Assembly (NCBI GenBank): GCA_022793875.1
Contig: JAAWDR010000004.1
Location: 4,287 to 68,286, forward strand
Direction of reading: 5' to 3'
Source of the DNA: Clostridia bacterium
GTDB lineage: Bacteria; Bacillota; Clostridia; TANB77; CAG-508
Length of the DNA: 64,000 nt
A program made the translations under genes and the position numbers. Below are positions 8,855 to 18,077 of this stretch, one piece after another. A model generated the notes under the pieces. That model saw nothing but the letters and a program-made list of their open reading frames with translations, ran no database searches and was not told where the DNA came from. Positions within the stretch are counted from its first letter, which is position 1. Each line of letters opens with the position of its first letter.

Positions 8855-11227
8855 TTATTTTAATTGATATTTACTCATCCAATATCCTGCTAATTCTTCT
8901 CCTTCATCATGTACTCCATTATTATTATTATCCCACCAAAATGCTTCTGGTATTTGATATCCTTTTGTTGGTGTTGTTTGCTCTTTATCTATAAAGTTTA
9001 CTACTGACTTTTGTGGATTTGTTGTAGCATCTAATTTGTATTCATATCTTGGTATCCATACAAAATATGTTTCCGTTCCTTCATTCGTTGTTACTATATT
9101 TGCCCATTGTTGTTTACTGTAATCATACCAATTTTCTGGTGCTTTTTCTGATATTGGTGTTCTTTCTTCTGTTCCATCTTCTTTATATACCACATAATAT
9201 GTGCATTCTTGATTAAATCCTTTTCCATCTACTATTAATTCTGGTTCGTTTGCTGCAATTGTTTTTATTTTCTTGGTTACTGCTGCTATATATTCATTTG
9301 TGTTTTTGTTTCTTGCTATTATATTTATTGTGTATGTTTTATTCTTTTCTAGTCCTTTGAATATATAGTACTCTTTACTACTGTCTCCTTTTGCATCTGT
9401 CATTTTTCTTCCATTTATATAGTATTCATATCTTGCATTTTCTCCTGCTTCTTCAATTGATGTTCCTGTAATATCTCCTATTTTTATATCAGTTCCTCCT
9501 GCTGTTATTTCTGCATCCATTCTTGGTGCACATTCTGCTGTTAATTGATATTTTGTCATCCAATATCCTGTTAGTTGTTCTCCTTCATCTGCCACTCTAT
9601 CACTATCATTATCCCACCAAAATGCTTCTGGTATTTTGTATCCTGATGTTGCTTCTGTTCTTGTTCCTTTTATAAATCTTACTATTGATTTTTGTGGATT
9701 TGATGTTGCATCTAGTTGATATTCATATCTTGGTATCCATACATAATATGTTTCTAGTCCATCATTTCTGGTCACTATGTTTGCCCAATTTGCTATTGTG
9801 TAATCATACCATTCATCTGGTGCTTTTTCTCTTATTGGTATTTCATTATGCTCATTTCCTTCTTCGTCCCAATATACATAAAAGGTTGTGTCTGGATCAA
9901 AGGCATATTCTTCTTTTCCTTCTTCATTTTTTGCTTTTAACTGTGGTTCGTTTACATCTGCTACTGCATATACTCTTGTCATGCTTCCTATTACTTCTCC
10001 ATCTTCGTCTAATGCAGTTACATTTAGTGATTTGTCTCCTTTCGCTAATCCTTTTATTAGATGGTCTGGTGCTTGTTTTTCTTCTTCTGTTTGTCCTTCA
10101 TTTGCATTTGGACATTCATATGTATACAAAATATTTCCATTTACTGAATATGTATATTTTGCTACTATTTTATCTGTCTTTATTTTTATTTCTTGTACAT
10201 TTATTGATGTTACTGTTGCGGCTGTATTGTAGTCTAGTACATATTCTCCTAAATCAGATAATTGGTATTTACTCATCCAATATCCTGGTAATTGTTCTCC
10301 ATCATCTTCTACTTCATTATTATTTGCATCCCACCAAAATGCTTCTGGTAATACATATCCTTGTTTCTGTAATTCTTCCCATGTTGTCTCTTCTTCTGTT
10401 TCTGCATCTTTATAATTATTATTTACATCAATAAATTTTACGTCCATTCTTTCATTTCCTGCTACTGAATTATTTACATCTTTTTTGTATACATATCTTG
10501 GTATCCATACATAATAACTCTCTATTCCATTGCTTTCTACATATAGATTTGCCCATTTTTGATTTTTATAGTCATACCAATCTTCATCTGGCTTTTTATT
10601 TATCCAATTTCCTGGAACTAAATTTCCTTCTCTATCATACGCATATCTTGTTGTATCTTTTGAAAATCCTGTATTTAATTGTGGTGTACATAAATACACA
10701 TCATTTACATTTTCATAATTTCCATTTACTACCCCCATTTTTGATGGTGGTATATATTCCCAAATTTTGATTCCTATTTCTTCGCACCATTTTACTTGGT
10801 CATTATTGTCTTTTATGTCTTTCTGTGATACATAGTATAACTCTCCTTCATGTATCATTACATATTTCTCTTCTGTTTTTCCTACTTCTGATAATAATTT
10901 TGTTATATCTACTACAACATCTTCTGTTATTTCTAAGCTTTCATCAACAATTATCTTTTTTAATATTTCTCCAGCATATACTTCTGTACTTTCTCCATTT
11001 ATTGATAAATTCATTTTTTGTATATCCCATTGCTCTGCTATTGTTGACATTTTTGTCTTAAATCTTGCTTCTTGAGCTCTTTTGAATAGCCCACTTCCTG
11101 TTAGTGTTCCTATTGTTAGTCCTGCAAGTATTAACAAAATTATTATTGTTATTACTAATGCTATTAGTGTTATTCCTCTATTTTTTCTTTCATTTTTTGT
11201 TGATACTTTTTCTTTATTCCATATCAT
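8855..11227 (-). CDS. Family-L giant protein, copy 1: prepilin-like N-terminus, three Trp-rich modules, Ig/FN3-like spacers
   Basis: 790 aa. The basic leader ends in G18, followed by ITLIALVITIIILLILAG. Three copies of W.DY..(N/Q).WAN....G.E.YYVWIPRYEYK ... GY.IPEAFWWD ... GE.L.GYWMSKYQL. Confidence 0.85.
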   Translation of the reverse strand: MIWNKEKVSTKNERKNRGITLIALVITIIILLILAGLTIGTLTGSGLFKRAQEARFKTKMSTIAEQWDIQKMNLSINGESTEVYAGEILKKIIVDESLEITEDVVVDITKLLSEVGKTEEKYVMIHEGELYYVSQKDIKDNNDQVKWCEEIGIKIWEYIPPSKMGVVNGNYENVNDVYLCTPQLNTGFSKDTTRYAYDREGNLVPGNWINKKPDEDWYDYKNQKWANLYVESNGIESYYVWIPRYVYKKDVNNSVAGNERMDVKFIDVNNNYKDAETEEETTWEELQKQGYVLPEAFWWDANNNEVEDDGEQLPGYWMSKYQLSDLGEYVLDYNTAATVTSINVQEIKIKTDKIVAKYTYSVNGNILYTYECPNANEGQTEEEKQAPDHLIKGLAKGDKSLNVTALDEDGEVIGSMTRVYAVADVNEPQLKAKNEEGKEEYAFDPDTTFYVYWDEEGNEHNEIPIREKAPDEWYDYTIANWANIVTRNDGLETYYVWIPRYEYQLDATSNPQKSIVRFIKGTRTEATSGYKIPEAFWWDNDSDRVADEGEQLTGYWMTKYQLTAECAPRMDAEITAGGTDIKIGDITGTSIEEAGENARYEYYINGRKMTDAKGDSSKEYYIFKGLEKNKTYTINIIARNKNTNEYIAAVTKKIKTIAANEPELIVDGKGFNQECTYYVVYKEDGTEERTPISEKAPENWYDYSKQQWANIVTTNEGTETYFVWIPRYEYKLDATTNPQKSVVNFIDKEQTTPTKGYQIPEAFWWDNNNNGVHDEGEELAGYWMSKYQLK

Positions 11228-11255
11228 TTTTTTCCTCTTTCTTTAATATTTTTTA

Positions 11256-11960
11256 TTAATATCCACTACCTATAACTACTACTGCACGACTACGCCATGA
11301 CTTAACATATGAAGCATCATAATGAGTAATACTACCACTAGTAAAAGTCTCATTATGCTCACCATAATATGAAAATATACTTCCTGAATATGCACGAACT
11401 AAACCTGCCAAATGTGGAAATCTTCCTTTAAACCATTGAGACGCTCCACTTCCATGCCATCCTGCTGTTTCGGAAACAGCATCTCCGATTTTTGCAACAT
11501 AACTACTTTCATATACATTTTTGTACTTTCCCACTGCATTCTTAAAATTTGCTATCTCTAATGTTGAATGTCCTGCTGCTACCCATTCTTTATTTAAATT
11601 TATATATATACCAGACTTATTCCCTGTTGTTGATTCTCCATCTGCTACTTTTCCTTGCTTTCCATATGCTGATGCTGAAAGAATAGCCATTGCTCCATAC
11701 TCTGTGTTTTTCTGCATATGTATATCTAGATTATTTGGTGTTCCCGTTGTATCCAGATTACTTCCAACTTCTCCTGCTAATCCTAGCGTTCCTCCTGTTG
11801 ATTCCATTTTTCTTATATTGATTAGCCAATTATTTATGGTGTCAGCTTTTCCTGGATTTCCATTTGCTTGCAATGCTGCTTGCGATTTTATTGGATTTGC
11901 TATTAAACATATTGCTGATATTCCAATTATTGATAATAAAACTTTTCCTTTTAATTTCAT
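11256..11960 (-). CDS. Family-S secreted protein, copy 1
   Basis: 234 aa. Sec signal ...NPIKSQA/ALQANG and core HMQKNTEYGAMAILSASAYG, GWHGSGAS. Its stop is 28 nt upstream of the L1 start. Confidence 0.8.
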   Translation of the reverse strand: MKLKGKVLLSIIGISAICLIANPIKSQAALQANGNPGKADTINNWLINIRKMESTGGTLGLAGEVGSNLDTTGTPNNLDIHMQKNTEYGAMAILSASAYGKQGKVADGESTTGNKSGIYINLNKEWVAAGHSTLEIANFKNAVGKYKNVYESSYVAKIGDAVSETAGWHGSGASQWFKGRFPHLAGLVRAYSGSIFSYYGEHNETFTSGSITHYDASYVKSWRSRAVVVIGSGY

Positions 11961-12020
11961 TGTTTTTTCTTCCTTTCCTCTTTTGATTTAATTCATTATA
12001 TATTTTGCTATTTTGAAACA

Positions 12021-12049
12021 CAACAAAAAGTGACCTTTTTACTGGTCAC
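12021..12049 (-). terminator. Rho-independent terminator after L2
   Basis: On the minus strand, GTGACCAGTAAAAAGGTCAC is followed by TTTTTGTTG. Confidence 0.6.
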
Positions 12050-12075
12050 TTTTTTACATAACATTCTGCCAAGTT

Positions 12076-14430
12076 TTATTTCAATTGATATTTACTCATC
12101 CAATATCCTGATATTTGTTCCCCTGCATCTTGTATTCCATTACTATTGTTATCCCACCAAAATGCCTCTGGTATTTTATATCCTGCTGTTGCCTTTGTTG
12201 TATCTTTTGATATGAAATTAATATCTATTCTTCTATTTGCTGTACTTAAACCACCTCTATCACTTAATATCTTATATTCATACCTTGGTATCCATACAAA
12301 ATATGATGTTGTTCCATTTCCTGTTGTTACTATATTTGCCCATTGTTGTTTTGTATAGTCATACCAATCTTCTGGTGGTTCTTCTGTTATTGGTACTCTT
12401 TTTTCACTTCCATCTGCATTATATACTACATAATATGTACATGATGGATTAAATCCTTTTCCATCTATTATTAACTCTGGTGCATTTGCTTCATTTGTTT
12501 TTATTTTCTTTGTTACTGCTCCTATATATGCATTATTTGTTCTATTTCTTGCTATTATATTTATTGTATATGTCTTATTTGCTTCTAATCCTGTAAATGC
12601 ATAATGTTCTGTACTACTATCTCCTTTTGCATCTGTCATTCTCTTTCCATTTATATAATATTCATATCTTGCATTTTCTCCAGCTAATGTTATTAATGTT
12701 CCCGTTATATCGTTTATTCTGATTACACTACTTCCTGCTGTCATTTCTGCATTCATTCTTGGTGTACTTTCCTCTGATGTTAATTGGTATTTGCTCATCC
12801 AATACCCTGTTAATTCCTCATTTTCTGTTCTCTTTCCATCATTATTATTGTCCCACCAAAATGCTTCTGGTATTTTATATCCTGATGTTGGTGTTGATCT
12901 TTTCCCTTCTATAAAGTTTATTATTGATTTTTGTGGATTTGATGTTCCATCTAATTGATATTCATATCTTGGTATCCACACATAATATGATTCTAATCCA
13001 TCATTTCTTGTTACTATATTTGCCCAATATGCTGATGTATAGTCATACCATGTATCTGGTGCTTTCTCTCTTATTGGTATTTCATTATGCTCATTTCCAT
13101 CATCATCCCAATATACATAGAATGTTGTATCTTTGTCAAATCCTGTTAAGTCTGGTTCATTTACATCTGCTACTTCATATACTACTGTTTTACTTCCTAT
13201 TACTTCTCCATTTGCATCTAATGCTGTTACATTTATTGATTTATGTCCTTTTACTAATCCACTTATTAGCTTATCTGGTGCTTGTGTACTTCCACCTTCT
13301 TTGCAATCATATGTATATAATATGTTTCCATTTATTGCATATGTATATTTTGCAACTTCTCTAACATTTGTTAAATGGCTTGTATCTAATTTTATGTTCT
13401 GGATATTTATTGATGTTACTGTTGCTGCTGTATCATAATCTATTACATATCCTTCTAATTCTGATAATTGGTATTTACTCATCCAATATCCTGGTATTTG
13501 TTCTCCTGCATCTTCTTTTCCATCACTATTATTATCCCACCAAAATGCTTCTGGCAACACATATCCTTGTTTTTTTAATTCTTCCCATGTTGTTTCTTCA
13601 TCTGTTTCTGCATCTTTATAGTTATTATTTGTGTCTACTAGTTTTACGTCCATTCTTTCATTTCCTGCAACTGAGTTCTTTGTATCTTTTTTATATACAT
13701 ATCTTGGTATCCATACATAATAACTTTCTATTCCATTGCTTTCTACATATAGATTTGCCCATTTTTGATTTTTATAATCATACCAATCTTCTTCTGGTTT
13801 CTTATTTATCCAATCTCCTGGTACTAAGTTTCCATCCCTATCATATGCATATCTTGTTGTGTCTTTTGAAAATCCTACATTTAATTGTGGTGTGCATAAA
13901 TACACATCATTTACATTTTCATAATTTCCATTTACTACTCCCATTTTTGATGGTGGTGTATATTCCCATATCTTTATTCCTATTTCTTCACACCATTTTA
14001 CTTGGTCTTTGTTATTTTTTATATTTTTTTGTGATACATAATACAATTCCCCTTCATGTATTATTGTATATCTTTCTTCTTCTTTTCCTACCTCTGGTAC
14101 TAATTTCTTTATATCTACAACAACATCTTCTGTTATTTCTAAGCCTTCATCAACTATTATCTTTTTTAATACTTCTCCTGCATATACTTCTGTGCTCTCT
14201 CCATTCATTGATAAATTGATTTTATATATATCCCATTGTTCTGCTATTGTTGCCATTTTTGTTTTAAATTTTGCTTCTTCTGCTCTTTTAAACAATCCAC
14301 TTCCTGCTAGTGTTCCTATTGTTAATCCTGCCAAGATTAACAATATAATTATTGTTATTACTAATGCTATTAATGTTATTCCTTTATTTCTTTTGTTTTT
14401 TGTTGATATTTTTTCTTTATTCCATATCAT
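12076..14430 (-). CDS. Family-L giant protein, copy 2
   Basis: 784 aa, colinear paralog of 8855-11227 with the same leader and three Trp-rich modules. Confidence 0.85.
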   Translation of the reverse strand: MIWNKEKISTKNKRNKGITLIALVITIIILLILAGLTIGTLAGSGLFKRAEEAKFKTKMATIAEQWDIYKINLSMNGESTEVYAGEVLKKIIVDEGLEITEDVVVDIKKLVPEVGKEEERYTIIHEGELYYVSQKNIKNNKDQVKWCEEIGIKIWEYTPPSKMGVVNGNYENVNDVYLCTPQLNVGFSKDTTRYAYDRDGNLVPGDWINKKPEEDWYDYKNQKWANLYVESNGIESYYVWIPRYVYKKDTKNSVAGNERMDVKLVDTNNNYKDAETDEETTWEELKKQGYVLPEAFWWDNNSDGKEDAGEQIPGYWMSKYQLSELEGYVIDYDTAATVTSINIQNIKLDTSHLTNVREVAKYTYAINGNILYTYDCKEGGSTQAPDKLISGLVKGHKSINVTALDANGEVIGSKTVVYEVADVNEPDLTGFDKDTTFYVYWDDDGNEHNEIPIREKAPDTWYDYTSAYWANIVTRNDGLESYYVWIPRYEYQLDGTSNPQKSIINFIEGKRSTPTSGYKIPEAFWWDNNNDGKRTENEELTGYWMSKYQLTSEESTPRMNAEMTAGSSVIRINDITGTLITLAGENARYEYYINGKRMTDAKGDSSTEHYAFTGLEANKTYTINIIARNRTNNAYIGAVTKKIKTNEANAPELIIDGKGFNPSCTYYVVYNADGSEKRVPITEEPPEDWYDYTKQQWANIVTTGNGTTSYFVWIPRYEYKILSDRGGLSTANRRIDINFISKDTTKATAGYKIPEAFWWDNNSNGIQDAGEQISGYWMSKYQLK

Positions 14431-14456
14431 TTTTTTCCTCTTTCTTTAATTTCTTT

Positions 14457-15134
14457 TTAAAATCCATTTCCTACTACTATGACTGCTCTACTAAACCATG
14501 GTTTAGTATACCAAGTTGAGTCTCTATCTCCGAACTTGGACTGAGCACGATACGCAAATATACCATTCTGATATGCACGTAATATTCCTACACTATCCAT
14601 TATATTCCAATCAGAATAATTACTTCCATGCCATCCTCTTGTTTCAGTAATAGCATCTCCTATTTTAGCTACATATGTATTAGTATATATATTCTTATAC
14701 TTTCCTTCTGCATTTTTGAAATTTACTACATTAAAATTATTAATTCCTGCTACTACCCATTCTATATTTAAAAAAATATATATTCCTGACTTATTTCCCG
14801 TAGTTGTTTCTCCATCAGCTATCTTTTTTTGATTCCCATAAGCTGACGCTGATAATATTGCCATCGCTCCATATTCTGTATTTTTTTGCATATGTATATC
14901 TATATTATTTGTTTCTCCTGAGTCTGTTAAATTTCCGTTTATCCCTGCCGCTAGTCCTAGTGTTCCTCCTATCGCTTCCATTTTCCTTATATTTATTAGC
15001 CAATTATTTATTGTATCTGTCTTTCCTGTATTCCCATTTGCTTGTAATGCTGCTTTTGATTTGATTGGATTTAATATCAGGCATATCGCTGATATTCCAA
15101 TTATTGATAATAAAAATTTTTCTTTTACTTTCAT
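14457..15134 (-). CDS. Family-S secreted protein, copy 2
   Basis: 225 aa paralog. Its stop is 26 nt upstream of the L2 start. Confidence 0.8.
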   Translation of the reverse strand: MKVKEKFLLSIIGISAICLILNPIKSKAALQANGNTGKTDTINNWLINIRKMEAIGGTLGLAAGINGNLTDSGETNNIDIHMQKNTEYGAMAILSASAYGNQKKIADGETTTGNKSGIYIFLNIEWVVAGINNFNVVNFKNAEGKYKNIYTNTYVAKIGDAITETRGWHGSNYSDWNIMDSVGILRAYQNGIFAYRAQSKFGDRDSTWYTKPWFSRAVIVVGNGF

Positions 15135-15258
15135 TGTTTTTTCTCCTTTTTCTTTTGATTTACTTAATTTTATATTTTGTCTTTTTCAAAAACAATAAAA
15201 GTATTACTTTTTACTATTCACTTTTTTACATAATCAATGTACATTTTTCAAATTCATT

Positions 15259-15933
15259 TTAAAATCCATTGCCAACTACTATGACTGCACGTGAAGAATA
15301 TACTCTATTATTAAGTGCTATTCCACTAGTATCACCTGCTCCTGCAAAATATGAAAACAAACTACCTGAATATGCACGAATAACCCCTGTATTACTATTA
15401 TTAATCCATCTAGAAGCTCCGCTTCCATGCCATCCATTTGTTTCAGTTATAGCATCTCCTACTTTTGCTACATATGTTGCTGTATATATATTTTTATATT
15501 TTCCTAATGCATTTTTAAAATTCGTTGAACTTAAATCATTAAGTCCAGCTGATACCCATTCCTTATTTAGTGCAATATATATACCAGACTTATTTCCTGT
15601 AGTTGTTTCTCCATCAGCTATTTTTTTTTGATTTCCATAAGCTGACGCTGATAATATTGCCATCGCTCCATATTCTGTATTTTTTTGCATATGTACATCT
15701 ATATTATTTGTTTCTCCTGAGTCTGTTAAATTTCCATTTATTCCTGCCGCTAGTCCTAGCGTTCCTCCTATTGCTTCTATCTTTCTAATATTGATTAACC
15801 AATCATTTACAGTTGCTGTTGAATTTCCATTCCCATTTGCTTGTAATGCAGCCTTCGATTTTATTGGATTCAGTATTAAACATATTGTGGATATTCCTAT
15901 TATTGATAATAAAATTTTTTTCTTTACTTTCAT
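15259..15933 (-). CDS. Family-S secreted protein, copy 3
   Basis: 224 aa paralog. Its upstream intergenic region is near-identical to that of copy 2. Confidence 0.8.
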   Translation of the reverse strand: MKVKKKILLSIIGISTICLILNPIKSKAALQANGNGNSTATVNDWLINIRKIEAIGGTLGLAAGINGNLTDSGETNNIDVHMQKNTEYGAMAILSASAYGNQKKIADGETTTGNKSGIYIALNKEWVSAGLNDLSSTNFKNALGKYKNIYTATYVAKVGDAITETNGWHGSGASRWINNSNTGVIRAYSGSLFSYFAGAGDTSGIALNNRVYSSRAVIVVGNGF

Positions 15934-16062
15934 TGTTTTTTTCTCTCCTTCTTCTTTTGATTTACTACATTTTATATTTTGTCTTTTTCAAAAACAATAA
16001 AAGTATTACTTTTTACTATTCACTTTTTTACATAATCAATGTACATTCTTTATTGCAACCTT

Positions 16063-16746
16063 CTAAAATCCACTTCCTACTACGACCACGGCACGGCTAG
16101 ACCACTGCCTAGTGTAGATAGCGTCAACGTAGCTGTTGTCGCCTCTACCATAATACGAGAACAAACTACCCGCATACGAACGAAGTAATCCGCTGCTGAG
16201 GCAGATGGTCATCCACTGAGACGCCCCACTTCCATGCCATCCATTTGTTTCAGTTATAGCATCCCCTACTTTTGCTACATAACTTTCTGTATATATATTT
16301 TTATATTTTCCTACTGCATTTCTAAAGTTTTCTAGATAGTTTCCTAATTCATTACCTCCTGCTGCTACCCATTCTTTATTTAAATTTATATATATACCAG
16401 ACTTATTCCCTGTTGTTGATTCTCCATCTGCAACTTTTCCTTGCTTTCCATATGCTGATGCTGAAAGAATAGCCATTGCTCCATACTCTGTGTTTTTCTG
16501 CATATGTATATCTAGATTATTTGGTGTTCCCGTTGTATCCAGATTACTTCCGACTTCTCCTGATAAGCCAAGCGTTCCTCCTGTTGATTCCATTCTTCTT
16601 ATATTTATTAGCCAATTATTTATTGTCCCTATCGAACCTGGATTTCCATTTGCTTGCAATGCTGCTTTTGATTTGATTGGATTCAGTATTAAACATATCA
16701 TTGATATTCCAATTACTGATAACAAAAATTTTTCTTTTACTTTCAT
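16063..16746 (-). CDS. Family-S secreted protein, copy 4 (GC-rich 3' end)
   Basis: 227 aa paralog. The central part matches copy 1. The last ~50 codons use GC-rich codons atypical for this window. Confidence 0.8.
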   Translation of the reverse strand: MKVKEKFLLSVIGISMICLILNPIKSKAALQANGNPGSIGTINNWLINIRRMESTGGTLGLSGEVGSNLDTTGTPNNLDIHMQKNTEYGAMAILSASAYGKQGKVADGESTTGNKSGIYINLNKEWVAAGGNELGNYLENFRNAVGKYKNIYTESYVAKVGDAITETNGWHGSGASQWMTICLSSGLLRSYAGSLFSYYGRGDNSYVDAIYTRQWSSRAVVVVGSGF

Positions 16747-16948
16747 TTTTTCACTTCTCCTTCTTCTTTTGATTTATTTCATTATATATTTTGTCTTTTT
16801 TTAGAACAATAAAATCTCCCCTTTTTACTAATAACATTTTTACATAATGTCGAATTCTAATAATTTATTTTGTAAAAACTTCATAGAAAAATATTGAAGG
16901 TATTATTTATAAATGCTATAATGAAATAAAAACAAGAGGTAATTAATA

Positions 16949-18032
16949 TTGAAATTAGAAGAATTAAATTTAACAGAAAAAATTGGACAAATGATAATGA
17001 TTGGACTAGACACAAACTATATAACAGAAAGAATTAAAACAATGATAACTAAATATAAGATTGGTGGAATAATCTTGTATAGAAAGAATTTTAATACATA
17101 TCAAGAAATGATTAAATTGATAAATGATTTAAAAAGTCTAAATAGAGAGAATAGACTTCCTTTATTTATTGCAATAGACCAAGAAGGTCGGGAGAGTAAA
17201 TAGAATGCCACCAGAAATAAAAAATTTACCACCCGCAAATAAATTAGCATCTCTTAATAATAAAGAGATTATCATTGATTCTGCAAAAATAACAGGAAAA
17301 CTATTAAAAGAGTCAGGTTTCAATTTAAATTTTGCTCCTGTATTAGATATTAAACGTTTTGATGACGGACATCCTATTGGTGATAGATGTTATGGAAAAA
17401 CAAAAGAAGAAGTTACAGAATATGCAATCCCTGTTATGAAAGAATTACAAAACCAAGGAATTGTTTCAGTAATTAAACACTTTCCTGGCCATGGTGCAAC
17501 CAAACAAGACTCTCATGCCTTGTTACCTGTAATAAACTCTAATATTAAAAATTTACAAAACGAAGATATGTATCCATTTGAACACGCAATTAATCAAGGA
17601 GCTGATGCAATACTTGTAAGTCATCTACTAATCCCAAAAATAACTGGCATTTATCCAGCATCACTATCAAGAAAATTTATTACTACATATTTGAGAAAAA
17701 AATATAAATTTAGAGGTCTTGTAATTACAGATGACTTAAAAATGAAAGCAATAAAACTCATATATGGTGCTGATTTAGCTGTCGAAAAAGCTTTTAAAGC
17801 TGGAAATGATATTATTGTTTTTAGATTTAACCATTCAGAAGAAACACGTATTCTTGATAAAATTTTATTTCTAGTAAAAAAAGGAAAAATTAAGGAATAT
17901 CAAATTAACAGAAGTGTTAAAAGAATAATTAGAATAAAAGAAAAATATAATATTTCTGATGAATCTGTTGAAGGAGTTTCAGATATAAATAATTTAAATA
18001 ATAGAATTGAAGAGATTAGAAGTCTGTTCTAA
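16949..18032 (+). pseudogene. nagZ: Beta-N-acetylhexosaminidase (GH3, NagZ-like) interrupted by a 1-nt frameshift
   Basis: ORFs 16949-17203 and 17205-18032 join if c17189 is removed, giving IAIDQEGGRVNRMPPEI. Motifs KHFPGHG and VITDDL are present. Confidence 0.8.
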
Positions 18033-18077
18033 AAAATCTATATTTCACTTATTTAAAAATCTACCAATAATCTAAGC

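Noticed and set aside
9685-10434. Long plus-strand ORFs inside the L and S genes (for example 9685-10434, 9888-10232, 12924-13364, 13368-14219, 15269-15631, 16490-16804).
   Set aside because: They are antisense shadows of much longer, motif-rich minus-strand genes. Their translations are low-complexity Leu/His/Phe/Ile strings with no SD sequences.
8855-14430. A diversity-generating retroelement targeting the repeated Trp-rich modules.
   Set aside because: There is no reverse transcriptase gene and no non-coding template repeat in the window. The differences between modules are not obviously adenine-specific.
14431-16100. A CRISPR-like array, suggested by the regularly repeated ~125-bp identical spacers (15135-15258 and 15934-16062).
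   Set aside because: The repeated units are whole paralogous genes plus their duplicated intergenic regions. There are no short direct repeats with unique spacers and no cas genes.
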